A stretch of DNA of 64,000 bases from an uncultured Gemmatimonadaceae bacterium (GCA_963761305.1 CAVXGK010000002.1:928001-992000); one strand, 5' to 3'; positions 12,499 through 22,067 are shown, counted from the first letter of the stretch. A program made the numbers and translations. Notes: generated by a model from the sequence alone, not told the origin.

Positions 12499-13296
12499 GT
12501 GCTGAAAGCGCCCTGCTACGTCCTCTCCGACGCCCACCTGGGCTTCGCCGGCGCCGACGTCGAGCGCGCCGTGATCGCGTTTCTCCGCCACGTCGCCACG
12601 CACGCCGGTTCGCTGGTCGTGAATGGCGACCTCTTCGAGTTCTGGTTCGAGTGGCGAACGGTGATTCCGCGCGGCGCGTTCCGCGCGGTGGCCGCGCTCG
12701 CCGACGTCGTCGACGCCGGCGTACCGGTCCTGATGGTCGCGGGCAATCACGATTGCTGGGGCGGCGACGTCCTTCGGCGCGACATCGGCGTGGACTACCG
12801 GTTCGGTCCGATCGTCGAAGACGTGGCCGGTTGGCGCACGCACATCGAGCACGGCGACGGACTCCGTCCGCGCGAGGATCGACGGTATCGCGCGTTACGC
12901 CGCGTACTTCGCAACTCGTGGGCGATTCGCGCATTTCGATGGGTGCATCCGGACATCGCGACGCGCCTCGCGTCGGGGAGCTCGAACGCGAGCCGCAACT
13001 ATGCGGCGCGCGACCACGGTCGCGGACTTCACGTCGCCGCGGAACGGATCGCGGCGTCGCAGCCGTCGATCGAGCTGGTCCTCTTCGGACACTCGCACGT
13101 GGCCACACTCGAGCGCTTGAGCGGCGGCGCGGCGTACGCCAACGCGGGCTCGTGGCTCGACGCGCCGACCTTTCTCCGCATCACCGCCGACGAGATCGCG
13201 CTGCGCCGTTGGGAAACCGGATCGAGCGGATCAGCCGAGAGTGCGAATCTCGACGTTCTCCACCGCGCCACCCAGAAAGCGCTGACCAACGCGTAG
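12499..13296 (+). CDS. lpxH: UDP-2,3-diacylglucosamine diphosphatase (LpxH-like metallophosphoesterase)
   Basis: SDAHLG, GDLFEFWFE, GNHD, HGDG, GHSH and NAGSW motifs. Confidence 0.85.
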   Translation: MLKAPCYVLSDAHLGFAGADVERAVIAFLRHVATHAGSLVVNGDLFEFWFEWRTVIPRGAFRAVAALADVVDAGVPVLMVAGNHDCWGGDVLRRDIGVDYRFGPIVEDVAGWRTHIEHGDGLRPREDRRYRALRRVLRNSWAIRAFRWVHPDIATRLASGSSNASRNYAARDHGRGLHVAAERIAASQPSIELVLFGHSHVATLERLSGGAAYANAGSWLDAPTFLRITADEIALRRWETGSSGSAESANLDVLHRATQKALTNA

Positions 13297-14034
13297 GAAT
13301 TGATCGGGATCGTCCGACGCGACGAACCGATACTCCGACTCCGACGCCGGCGGCGCCGCGAGCCCATCTCCCGCCAGCGTGCGCCCGGCCTCGGCGGCCG
13401 TCTCCTCGGCGCTGTCGATGAGTCGCACGCCCGAGCCCATCACCTCGCGCAGAAGCGGTTTGAGCAGCGGATAGTGCGTGCACCCGAGGACCAGCGTGTC
13501 GACGCCCGCCTCGACGACCGGCGCGAGATACTCGCGTGCGATGAGGCGCGTCGCCTCGTGATCGAGCCAGCCTTCCTCGACGATCGGAACGAAGAGCGGG
13601 CAGGCGCGCGCCGTCACTTGTGCGTCGGGCTTCAACGCGCAGATCGCGCGCTCGTACGCGCCGGACTTGATCGTCCCAGCCGTTCCGATGACGCCGATGC
13701 GGCCCGTCTTTGTCGCCGCCACGGCGGCGCGCGCGCCGGGTTCGACGACGCCGATCACCGGCAACGTGAGTTCGCTTCGCAACGTGCCGAGCGCGTGCGC
13801 CGTCGCGGTGTTGCAGGCGATCACGATCGCCTTGACGTCCTGTTCGGTGAGGAACGCCGCGATCTCGCGGCTGTAGCGTCGCACGGTGTCCGGGCTCTTC
13901 GGTCCGTACGGCACGCGCGCCGTGTCGCCGAAGTAGACGATGCTTTCGTGCGGCAACTGGCGGATGAGCTCGTGCACGACGGTGAGGCCGCCGATTCCCG
14001 AATCGAAGACGCCGATCGGTCGAGTGCTGGCCAT
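13231..14034 (-). CDS. murI: Glutamate racemase
   Basis: IGVFDSGIGGLTV, PYGPKS, ACNTAT and LGCTHYP. Confidence 0.97.
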   Translation of the reverse strand: MASTRPIGVFDSGIGGLTVVHELIRQLPHESIVYFGDTARVPYGPKSPDTVRRYSREIAAFLTEQDVKAIVIACNTATAHALGTLRSELTLPVIGVVEPGARAAVAATKTGRIGVIGTAGTIKSGAYERAICALKPDAQVTARACPLFVPIVEEGWLDHEATRLIAREYLAPVVEAGVDTLVLGCTHYPLLKPLLREVMGSGVRLIDSAEETAAEAGRTLAGDGLAAPPASESEYRFVASDDPDQFLRVGQRFLGGAVENVEIRTLG

Positions 14035-14633
14035 CAGCGTTGCAGCAACACGCCGATCGTGAACCCGTGGCCGCCGGCGGACGTGGACCGCATGCCCACG
14101 TGGATCGGGACGTCCCACAGGTGCGACGAGACGAACGCGTCGGCGCCGGCGAAGAGGTGATTGCCGACGAGCAGCGCCGCCCAGTCTTCGACGTGGGCTT
14201 CGCGCGTATGCACCTCCTGCGAGCTGAAACGCGGGGGCGACGTCGTGATGAGCGGCGTGCCCGACGGATCGACGTACGAGACGATGATCGTGTCGTTCGC
14301 CGTGCGGCGCGCCTCGTGAACGTCGGCGGCGGATTCGCGAATCATCGCGATGCAGACGGCTTCGATGAAGAGGAACGTCGCGGCGGCCTTGTGGCGGCCG
14401 AGCATCGACTGCGCCGAGCCCGGCACGAGAAACGACAACACGAACGCGCGGGTCGGACCGATCGGCGGCCGCAGCGAGTCGGGGGGCACGGTCGACAGCG
14501 ACCGAATCGGCTCGCGGGCGCCGGTCGAATCGGGCCGCTGCGCGCGTGCGGCCGCCGGCGCCGCCAGGGCGCCGATCGCCGCGCCGAGCGCGGCGCCGCG
14601 CCGGATGTTAGACATCGAGAATGAATGCATCAT
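14034..14633 (-). CDS. Hypothetical exported/membrane protein (DUF5683-like)
   Basis: Signal peptide, then PTRAFVLSFLVPGSAQ and DAFVSSHLWD. Start is uncertain. Confidence 0.6.
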   Translation of the reverse strand: MMHSFSMSNIRRGAALGAAIGALAAPAAARAQRPDSTGAREPIRSLSTVPPDSLRPPIGPTRAFVLSFLVPGSAQSMLGRHKAAATFLFIEAVCIAMIRESAADVHEARRTANDTIIVSYVDPSGTPLITTSPPRFSSQEVHTREAHVEDWAALLVGNHLFAGADAFVSSHLWDVPIHVGMRSTSAGGHGFTIGVLLQR

Positions 14634-14664
14634 GATGATCGCGGGTGTCGATCGATCGGCGTGC

Positions 14665-14763
14665 TGGCGGGAGTGCATGGGAATCGAACCCACCCAACCC
14701 GACAAAGGTCAGGTCGCAGACGGTTTTGAAGACCGCGAGAGCCACCAGGCTCCCTCCACTCCC
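14665..14763 (-). tRNA. selC: tRNA-Sec (TCA)
   Basis: 99 nt, anticodon TCA, 6-bp D stem with 4-nt TGGT loop, 9-bp variable arm, G discriminator plus CCA. Adjacent to selD. Confidence 0.95.
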
Positions 14764-14792
14764 CTACTTCGCTTGTCTCGCTTGCCACATCG

Positions 14793-15827
14793 TCACGCGA
14801 GCACGAGACCACTGGCCTGGCGTTCCACGACGGTGCCGATCTCGACGCCTTCCGGCACGAGCGAAAGGTATTGGTCGACGACGGCCGACGGCACGGCGAC
14901 GAGCAAACCGCCCGACGTCTGCGGATCCATCGCCAGCGCGCGTGAAAACGCCGACGACGTTCGCCATTCTACCCGGCACTCGAGGTAGCGTTCGTTCCGC
15001 TCGGAGCCACTCGTCGTCACGCCGCGCTCCCATGCGTCGCGGGCACCGGGCAAGACGGGCAGCCGCTCGGACTCGATGACGAGCGTCACATGGCTCGCGT
15101 CGGCGATGTGGCTGGCATGGCCGAGCAATCCGAAGCCGGTGATGTCCGTCGCGCAGCGGGCGCCGACCGCGACGGCGCCCCGGCTCGCGCCGCCGTTGAG
15201 CTTCGTCATCGACGCGATCAGGCCGTTGGTTTCACGATCGCCGAGCTCACCGCGCTTCGCCGCCGTCGAAAGGATGGCGGTGCCGAGCGGTTTGGTGAGA
15301 ATCAAGCGATCGCCGACTTTTGCGTTGGCGTTGCTGAGCATCTTCTTCGGGTCGACGCGGCCGGTCACCGAGAGGCCGAACTTGAGCTCATCGTCGATGA
15401 TGGTGTGTCCGCCGACGACCAGCGCGCCGGCTTCGTGGACCTTGTCCTGCCCGCCGCGCAGCACGTCGGTAAGCACGTCGAGCGAGAGACGATTGGCGGG
15501 AAACCCGACGATGTTGAGCGCCGTGAGCGGCTCGCCGCCCATCGCGTAGACGTCGGAGAGCGCATTTGCCGCGGCGACCTGGCCGAACGAGTAGGGATCG
15601 TCGACGATCGGCGCGAAGAAGTCGACCGTCTGCACCAGCGCGAGATCTTCCGACACCTGGAACACACCCGCGTCGTCGAACGTCTCGCGTCCGACGAGCA
15701 GCCGCGGATCGAAGCGCACCGGCACGCCGGCGAGCGCCTGCGAGAGATCCAGATGGCCGAGCTTCGCGGCGCATCCGGCGCAGCGCGCGAAGCTCGTGAG
15801 GCGCGTGGTCGTGTCCTGCGCGATCAT
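14793..15827 (-). CDS. selD: Selenide, water dikinase
   Basis: RLTSFARCAGCAAK, DDAGV, QTVDFFAPIVDDP, TDITGFGLLGH and DPQTSGGLL. Confidence 0.97.
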   Translation of the reverse strand: MIAQDTTTRLTSFARCAGCAAKLGHLDLSQALAGVPVRFDPRLLVGRETFDDAGVFQVSEDLALVQTVDFFAPIVDDPYSFGQVAAANALSDVYAMGGEPLTALNIVGFPANRLSLDVLTDVLRGGQDKVHEAGALVVGGHTIIDDELKFGLSVTGRVDPKKMLSNANAKVGDRLILTKPLGTAILSTAAKRGELGDRETNGLIASMTKLNGGASRGAVAVGARCATDITGFGLLGHASHIADASHVTLVIESERLPVLPGARDAWERGVTTSGSERNERYLECRVEWRTSSAFSRALAMDPQTSGGLLVAVPSAVVDQYLSLVPEGVEIGTVVERQASGLVLA

Positions 15828-16207
15828 GGAACGGCGACGACCGCGTCGATCTCGACGAGCACGCCGCGCGGCAGTGCCGACACCTGGACCGTGGAACGCG
15901 CGGGCCGCGCTTCGCCCAAAGCCTTGCCGTACACCTCGTTCACGACGGGAAAGTCGCCCATGTCGTGAAGAAACACGGTCGTCTTGACGACATCCTTCCA
16001 CGTCGCGTTCACTGTGGCGAGGACCGCGGCGAGGTTTGCCATCACGCGCTCGGTCTGCGTCGCTACGTCGCCGGCCACGATCTGGCCGGTCGCCGGATCG
16101 ATGGCGATCTGGCCGGCGGTGAACAGGAATCCGTTGGCGACGATGCCCTGCGAGTACGGTCCGATCGCCGCGGGCGCGGCGTTCGTGTGCACGGTCTTCA
16201 CGCTCAC
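15824..16207 (-). CDS. ridA: RidA/YjgF-family deaminase
   Basis: APAAIGPYSQG and PARSTVQVSALPRGVLVEID. Confidence 0.93.
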   Translation of the reverse strand: MSVKTVHTNAAPAAIGPYSQGIVANGFLFTAGQIAIDPATGQIVAGDVATQTERVMANLAAVLATVNATWKDVVKTTVFLHDMGDFPVVNEVYGKALGEARPARSTVQVSALPRGVLVEIDAVVAVP

Positions 16208-16998
16208 GAATGATTCTCCAGAGAGATGGACAGTCCGAACAACCGGGCGGCGTTTCGTGCGGTGACTTCACCGAGCGTCGCCGGATCGACGCCGCGAACG
16301 GCCGCGACGCGCGCGACGGTCAAGCTAACCCACGCCGGTTCGTTTCGCCGACCACGGTACGGAACGGGCGCGAGGTACGGTGAATCCGATTCGACGAGCA
16401 ATCGATCGGCCGGCACGAGCCGAATGACGTCGTCGCGGTCCCACTTCTTGAACGTCACGATGCCGCTGAATGAAACGTACCAACCGGCGGCAAGCGTCGC
16501 CTCGGCGAGCGGCGCAGTCCCGGTGTAGCAATGCAGCACGCCGCGCACCCCGGCCGAACCCGCCTCCACGATCATGGCGCGGGTGTCGTCTTCGGCCTCG
16601 CGCGTGTGGACGACGACGGGCCGATCGAGCTCGCGGGCCAGCGAGAGTTGCGCGGCGAGCGTGCGCCGCTGCGCCAGGCGCGGCGAGTGGTCGTAGTGGT
16701 AGTCGAGCCCGCACTCGCCGACGGCCACGGCGCCTCGGCGTGCCAGATCTCTCAACGCCGCGGAGTCGCGTGTGTCGTCGAAATCGGCGGCGTCGTGCGG
16801 ATGGACGCCGGCCGTGAACCAGACGAACCCGGGATGCGCCGCCGACAACGTCGCCGCGCGCTCGGCGGCGGCGATGGACTCGCCGATGCACACGACGCCG
16901 ATCGCGCCGGCCGCGCGCGCGTTCTCGACGGCCAGCTCGCGATCCGCATCGAACGCCGGATCGGCCAGGTGGGCGTGGCTGTCGAGAAACGTCACCAT
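16204..16998 (-). CDS. tatD: TatD-family hydrolase/DNase
   Basis: DSHAHL, GVHPH, VGECGLDY, HTRE, LHCY and ESDSPYLAP. Confidence 0.93.
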   Translation of the reverse strand: MVTFLDSHAHLADPAFDADRELAVENARAAGAIGVVCIGESIAAAERAATLSAAHPGFVWFTAGVHPHDAADFDDTRDSAALRDLARRGAVAVGECGLDYHYDHSPRLAQRRTLAAQLSLARELDRPVVVHTREAEDDTRAMIVEAGSAGVRGVLHCYTGTAPLAEATLAAGWYVSFSGIVTFKKWDRDDVIRLVPADRLLVESDSPYLAPVPYRGRRNEPAWVSLTVARVAAVRGVDPATLGEVTARNAARLFGLSISLENHS

Positions 16999-17041
16999 GA
17001 AAAAACGAACCGCCGCGCGAGGCGGCGGTTCGAGTACGACG

Positions 17042-18055
17042 TCATCGCGTTCCGACGGGTGTCGGCCGCTCGCGTCGCCGCTCCTCGGCGAGGGCACGCG
17101 TCGTTCCCTTCTGCTGAGGCCCATTGGTTCGCGGCCAGCGGTGCTCGATGTACAGAAGAATCGCGCCGGCGACGTAGATCGAGCTGAACGTTCCGGTGAA
17201 CACGCCGAACGCCATGATCCACGAGAACGGGCGTATGACTTCACCCGCAAAAAAGAGCAGCGAGAGCGTCGCGGCGAACACGGTGGCGTGCGTCAGCACC
17301 GAGCGCGGGAGCGTCTCGTTGATCGAGCGATTCAATACCTCGCGCAGCGATTCCTTGCGCTGCTTCTTCAGATTCTCACGCACACGATCGAAGATGATGA
17401 TCGTGTCGTTGAGCGAGTAGCCGATCACGGTGAGGATGGCGGCGACGACGGTGAGCGAGATCTCGAGGCGCATCATGGCGAGGAACGCCAGCGTCGTGAG
17501 GATATCGTGCGCCGTGGCAATCGTGGCAGCGACGCCGAAGCGCCACTCGAACCGGATCGCCAAGTAGATCAGCGTGACGAGAAACGAAAGGAGAATCGCC
17601 GTGATCGCCTTCGTCTTGAGCTCGGACCCGACGGAGGAACCGACCGACTCGGCGCGCACCACTTTGCCCGGATCGTTGGGCAGACGCTGTTTGAGAACGC
17701 CGACGATGTGCGCTCCGACGCTGTCCGCGTTCGCCGCCGCGGCGACGCCTTCGACCGGCGGCACTTTGACGAGGAAAGTATGCGCGTCGCCGAATGTCGT
17801 GACTTCGGAGCCGGAGAATCCGGCCTCGTCCACGGATGAGCGGACGACGTCAGGGGGCGCGTCCTGGGCGAACTCGATCTGCACCACCGTGCCGCCGAGG
17901 AACTCGACGCTCTCGTTCAGCGCCTTGCCGTTGTGCCGCGCGGCGTGAACGACGAGGAGCACCAGGCCGAGCGCGATGAACGCGACCGTGCCGATGGCGG
18001 CCGTCTTCCAGTACTTGATGAAATCGATCTTGGTGTCGTGAAGAATGCGCAGCAT
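17042..18055 (-). CDS. secF: Protein translocase subunit SecF
   Basis: EFLGGT, VGSSVGSEL, GYSLNDTIIIFDRVRE and six TM helices. Confidence 0.96.
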   Translation of the reverse strand: MLRILHDTKIDFIKYWKTAAIGTVAFIALGLVLLVVHAARHNGKALNESVEFLGGTVVQIEFAQDAPPDVVRSSVDEAGFSGSEVTTFGDAHTFLVKVPPVEGVAAAANADSVGAHIVGVLKQRLPNDPGKVVRAESVGSSVGSELKTKAITAILLSFLVTLIYLAIRFEWRFGVAATIATAHDILTTLAFLAMMRLEISLTVVAAILTVIGYSLNDTIIIFDRVRENLKKQRKESLREVLNRSINETLPRSVLTHATVFAATLSLLFFAGEVIRPFSWIMAFGVFTGTFSSIYVAGAILLYIEHRWPRTNGPQQKGTTRALAEERRRERPTPVGTR

Positions 18056-18065
18056 GAAGTGACCC

Positions 18066-19802
18066 TTAGATGCTCAGTGTCTGGGCACCGCGCGAGCGGT
18101 TGAGCCAGATCATGTAGAAGGTGCGAACGACGAAGATCGAGGTGAACAGCGACGCGGCGATGCCCGCGATCAGCGTGACGGCGAAGCCTTTCACCGGACC
18201 GGTGCCGTACTGGTAGAGCACCGCGGCGGTGAGGATGGTGGATACGTTGGAGTCGACGATGGCCGGCATCGCGTGGCGGAATCCTTCATCGATCGCCGTC
18301 CGCACCGTCTTGCCGCGGGCGAGCTCCTCGCGAATGCGCTCGAAGATCAGCACGTTGGCGTCGACCGCGATACCAATCGAGAGCACGAAGCCGGCGATTC
18401 CCGGCAGCGTGAGCACCGCGTCGAACCCGGCGAGCGCTGCCAGTGTGTACAGCACGTAGAGTCCCAGCGCGAGCACGGCGAGCATGCCCGAGAATCGGTA
18501 GTAGACGAGCATGATGATCACGACCAGGCTCACCGCGATGAGCGATGCGCGAAGGCCCTTGTTGATCGAGTCCTGGCCGAGGCTCGGCCCGATGCTGTGC
18601 ACTTCGGCGACACGCAGCCGGACGGGCAGCGCGCCCGCTCGCAGTACGAGCGCCAGATCCTGCGCGTCGGCGAGCGACTTGCCGCCCATCGTGATCTGCC
18701 CGCGCGTCGAGATCGCGCTCTGAATCACGGGCGGGCGTCCCATCACGCGATCGTCGAGGATGATCGCCATGTAGTCGCCCACGTGCTTGCCCGTTTCGTT
18801 ACGGAAGCGCCGGCCGCCTTCGTTGCTCAGCGTGAACTCGACGACGGTGCCCTCGAGCGCCGCCTGGTTCGGCCGCGCGTCGGTGAGGTAGTCGCCGGTG
18901 ATGATCGGCTTCGAATCGACGAGATAGTACGCCTTGTACAGCTTGCCGCCGAGAAACGCCGAGTCGGTGCCCTGAAGGAAATCCTTGCCCGGCGGCATGG
19001 CCGACTTTACGGCGGAGTCGGCGAGGTAGCCATCGAGCGTCGGCACGTTGTCCGCGGCGACGTAGAAACCGCCGGGCGTGTCGCCCTGCTGGAGCAAGCT
19101 CGAGAACGCGCCGCCCGCCTGGAGCTTGAGCGAGTCCGCGTTGAGCGTGTCCTTCTTGGTCGTGTCCTTCTTTGCCGCGCCCTTGCCGCCGGCCGCGAGC
19201 TTCTTCGCCGAATCCGTCTTGCCCAGCGGCAACTCGACTTTCTTGGACGTGTCAGCCTGGGTCAGAAGACCCTGCAACCCCTTCGACGCGCTCGTCGCGG
19301 CCGCGGACGTGGTGTCCGACTTTCGGCCGAGTCCACGCGATTTGACGAGCTGATCGAGCTTCGGCAGGTCGCGTTCGAGCGCCTGCGATTTGTCGGTGAT
19401 CTTGAACTGAAGGTACGCCTGCTCTTCCACGAGCTTGCGCGCGCGCTCCGGATCTTGAATGCCCGGAATCTGAACGACGATGCGGTCCTTCCCCTGCTTC
19501 TGCACGACCGACCCGGAGACGCCGTAGCCATCGATACGCGAGCGAACCGTCTTGAGCGCGCGGTCGATCGCTTCGGCCTTGTCGGAGGCCGCGATGGCCT
19601 GCTTCGAATCGTCCACCTCGAGCGCGAGGTAGGTGCCGCCCTTGAGGTCGAGTCCCCGTTGCAGCGGAACGTGTCGAGCGGTTTCGTCGTGGAGGACGCC
19701 GTCGGCACCGCGGACGCGCGTGGTGACGTCACGCGGGAAGAGCAGATACGCCGACACGAGACACAGGGCGACGATGATGGAGATGCGATACTTCAGGGGC
19801 AT
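18066..19802 (-). CDS. secD: Protein translocase subunit SecD
   Basis: GLDLKGG, LRAGALP, IGPSLG and AVDANVLIFERIREE. Confidence 0.97.
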   Translation of the reverse strand: MPLKYRISIIVALCLVSAYLLFPRDVTTRVRGADGVLHDETARHVPLQRGLDLKGGTYLALEVDDSKQAIAASDKAEAIDRALKTVRSRIDGYGVSGSVVQKQGKDRIVVQIPGIQDPERARKLVEEQAYLQFKITDKSQALERDLPKLDQLVKSRGLGRKSDTTSAAATSASKGLQGLLTQADTSKKVELPLGKTDSAKKLAAGGKGAAKKDTTKKDTLNADSLKLQAGGAFSSLLQQGDTPGGFYVAADNVPTLDGYLADSAVKSAMPPGKDFLQGTDSAFLGGKLYKAYYLVDSKPIITGDYLTDARPNQAALEGTVVEFTLSNEGGRRFRNETGKHVGDYMAIILDDRVMGRPPVIQSAISTRGQITMGGKSLADAQDLALVLRAGALPVRLRVAEVHSIGPSLGQDSINKGLRASLIAVSLVVIIMLVYYRFSGMLAVLALGLYVLYTLAALAGFDAVLTLPGIAGFVLSIGIAVDANVLIFERIREELARGKTVRTAIDEGFRHAMPAIVDSNVSTILTAAVLYQYGTGPVKGFAVTLIAGIAASLFTSIFVVRTFYMIWLNRSRGAQTLSI

Positions 19803-19840
19803 ACGAACCGCGGGTGGAGGGTTGGTTTGCGAAGCCTTTA

Positions 19841-19869
19841 ACGTTAACTGGCTCTTACGCTTGCGTCAA
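19841..19869 (-). promoter_or_regulatory. Putative internal sigma70 promoter for secDF
   Basis: TTGACG-17 bp-TAACGT overlapping the ribF stop. Confidence 0.55.
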
Positions 19870-20814
19870 CGCGCGACGAGCCATATCGGCGTCGCGGCCC
19901 AGCTGGGTCACGAGCGCGTCGACCGAGTCGAATTTCGTGGTGTCCCGCAAGCGTGCGACGAGCTCGACGTTGACGGAGTCGCCGTACCAGTCGCCGGTCG
20001 CACCGAAGAGGTGGACCTCGAGGAGGCGATCGAACTCGCCGAAGGTTGGACGTGGACCGAGGTTCATCATGCCGTCGAATGAGCCGCGCGCGGAGTGGGC
20101 GCGGACCGCGTATACCCCGGCCGGCGGAAGAAGTTTGCGCGCCGAGCCGAGCTCCAGATTGAGCGTCGGGTAGCCGAGATCGCGGCCGCGCTGCTGGCCC
20201 GGCACGACCTCGCCGCGAAATCCGTAGTGGCGACCCAGTCCCGCGCGGGCCTGGCGCAGATCTCCGTGCGCAACCGCCGTGCGAATCGCGCTCGACGAGA
20301 CCGGCACGCCGCTCGAGTCGTTCGTGGGCGGCACGACGTCCACGTCGAATCCGACCTCGCGCCCCATGCCGGCCAGGAAGCGCGCATCGCCGCTCCGTCC
20401 CCGTCCCAACCCGTGATCGTAGCCGATGACCAGCCGTCGCACGCGGTACCGCCGCACGAGCAGATCGCGCACGAACGACTCCGCCGAGTACGCCGCGAGC
20501 GCCCGCGTGAACGGCAGCGCGGCGACGAGGAGCGGGCCGCTGTCGGCGAGGGCGTCGAGTTGTTCCTCACCAGGCGTCAACAGCATTGGCGCCGCGGCCG
20601 GATTCACGACCTCGAGCGGGTGCGGACGAAACGTGACGAGCAGCGCCGGGCACGACGATTGGCTCGCGTGCTCCTGCAGACGCCGCAGAATGTCGCGGTG
20701 GCCGAGATGGACGCCGTCGAACGTGCCGACGGTGACGACGGCACCGGCCGCCAGTTGGGGAAATCCGCTCACGTCTTCCGGCGCGCTCACGACGCGCGCG
20801 TCGTCACTCGGCAT
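19855..20814 (-). CDS. ribF: Bifunctional riboflavin kinase/FAD synthetase
   Basis: GTFDGVHLGH, SSSAIR, GRDLGYPTLN, GPRPTF and LEVHL. Confidence 0.95.
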   Translation of the reverse strand: MPSDDARVVSAPEDVSGFPQLAAGAVVTVGTFDGVHLGHRDILRRLQEHASQSSCPALLVTFRPHPLEVVNPAAAPMLLTPGEEQLDALADSGPLLVAALPFTRALAAYSAESFVRDLLVRRYRVRRLVIGYDHGLGRGRSGDARFLAGMGREVGFDVDVVPPTNDSSGVPVSSSAIRTAVAHGDLRQARAGLGRHYGFRGEVVPGQQRGRDLGYPTLNLELGSARKLLPPAGVYAVRAHSARGSFDGMMNLGPRPTFGEFDRLLEVHLFGATGDWYGDSVNVELVARLRDTTKFDSVDALVTQLGRDADMARRALTQA

Positions 20815-21676
20815 CGCGCAACACGGTCTTGGGGCGGAGCTCGTCGCCATGACGGGCGGCGATCGCCACCAGCGAACCGGCGTCGTCGAGCAGCGAGACC
20901 AGCTCGGCGTCGACTCTCGCCGGCACGGCGTTGCCATGCGAGACGCGAGCGAGCTCCGCGTCGGTCACGCTCTGAGCCGGCAGGTGCGGCACCGCGTCGA
21001 GCGAGCCGCGCAGCGTCGCGACGCCATTGACGATGTCGTCGAGCGACTGTGCGTCGTCCACTGAGAACGTGCCGCTCCGCGCGCGGCGCAGCGCGACGAG
21101 ATGGGCGGCACTCCCGGCCGCACGACCGAGGTCGCGCGCGAGGGCGCGCACGTAGGTGCCTCCGCCACAGGTGATGCGGGCGCGCACGTCGCTGCCCTCT
21201 CGCCCGAGCAGCCGCCATTCGTGCACGACGACGCGCACCGGCGAGAGCTCGAGCGGCGCGCCACGCCGCGCCGCAGCGTAGGCGCGGACGCCATCTACGC
21301 TCTTCGCGGAATAGTCCGGAGGCAGTTGATCGATCTCTCCGGTGAGCTGTTCCACGCCGCGCGCGATGGCCGCGTCGTCGGGCAGATCGGCGCGACGAAC
21401 GACGACGCCCGTCGCGTCGTCGGTGTCCGTTTCCTCGCCGAAGCGAATCGTCGCCTCGTAGACCTTGGGTTCGCCGTCGACGTACGGAATCAGCCGCGTC
21501 GCGCGGCCGAGGAGCACGACGAGCAACCCGGTGGCGAATGGATCGAGCGTGCCGGCGTGTCCGGCGCGTCGCGTGCCGGTCGCCCGACGGACGACAGCCA
21601 CGACGTCGTGCGAGGTCATGCCCGCCGGCTTGTCGACGAGCGCGAGCCCGCAGACGTCAGTCGTCCGCGTCTCCAT
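20804..21676 (-). CDS. truB: tRNA pseudouridine(55) synthase
   Basis: DKPAGMTSHDVV, GHAGTLDPFATG and GTYVRALARDLG. Confidence 0.96.
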   Translation of the reverse strand: METRTTDVCGLALVDKPAGMTSHDVVAVVRRATGTRRAGHAGTLDPFATGLLVVLLGRATRLIPYVDGEPKVYEATIRFGEETDTDDATGVVVRRADLPDDAAIARGVEQLTGEIDQLPPDYSAKSVDGVRAYAAARRGAPLELSPVRVVVHEWRLLGREGSDVRARITCGGGTYVRALARDLGRAAGSAAHLVALRRARSGTFSVDDAQSLDDIVNGVATLRGSLDAVPHLPAQSVTDAELARVSHGNAVPARVDAELVSLLDDAGSLVAIAARHGDELRPKTVLRDAE

Positions 21677-22046
21677 CGGGAGCGGGGGGCGTCGTTCCGT
21701 CCTTGATCTGCGAGAGCAACGTCTCGATGCGGGCGGCGCGTTCGACGCTCTCGTCCGCGACGAACACGATCTCCGGCGCGAGACGAAGGTGCAGCGCACG
21801 ACCGACGTGCGCCCGCAGATGCGTCGCGACGCTCGCCAGCCCCTCGAACGTCGCTTTGCGATCGGTCTCGCTGCCCATCACGCTGACGAACACCTTCGCA
21901 TGGCGCAGGTCGCGCGTGACCTGCGCGCCCGTGACGGTCACGAGACGGGTGATGCGCGGGTCCTTCGCCTGTTCGGCGAGGAACGTCGCTACTTCCTCAC
22001 GAATCGCTTCGGCCACGCGGTCGGCGCGGCGATGGTCGGCGGCCAC
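21657..22046 (-). CDS. rbfA: 30S ribosome-binding factor A
   Basis: RADRVAEAIREE, KDPRI, DLRHAKVFVS and LRLAPEIVFVAD. Follows infB. Confidence 0.95.
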   Translation of the reverse strand: MAADHRRADRVAEAIREEVATFLAEQAKDPRITRLVTVTGAQVTRDLRHAKVFVSVMGSETDRKATFEGLASVATHLRAHVGRALHLRLAPEIVFVADESVERAARIETLLSQIKDGTTPPAPDGDADD

Positions 22047-22067
22047 GTTAGCACTCTCGGGCGAAGG

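Noticed and set aside
8197..14763. tRNA genes (including selC) as integration sites
   Set aside because: I saw no integrase and no duplicated tRNA 3' end, and the flanks are core genes.
15760..15790. SelD as a selenoprotein
   Set aside because: The active-site codon is TGC (Cys), not TGA.
22048..22056. TTAGCACTC CIRCE half-site between infB and rbfA
   Set aside because: There is no matching second half at 9-bp spacing, so it is probably chance.
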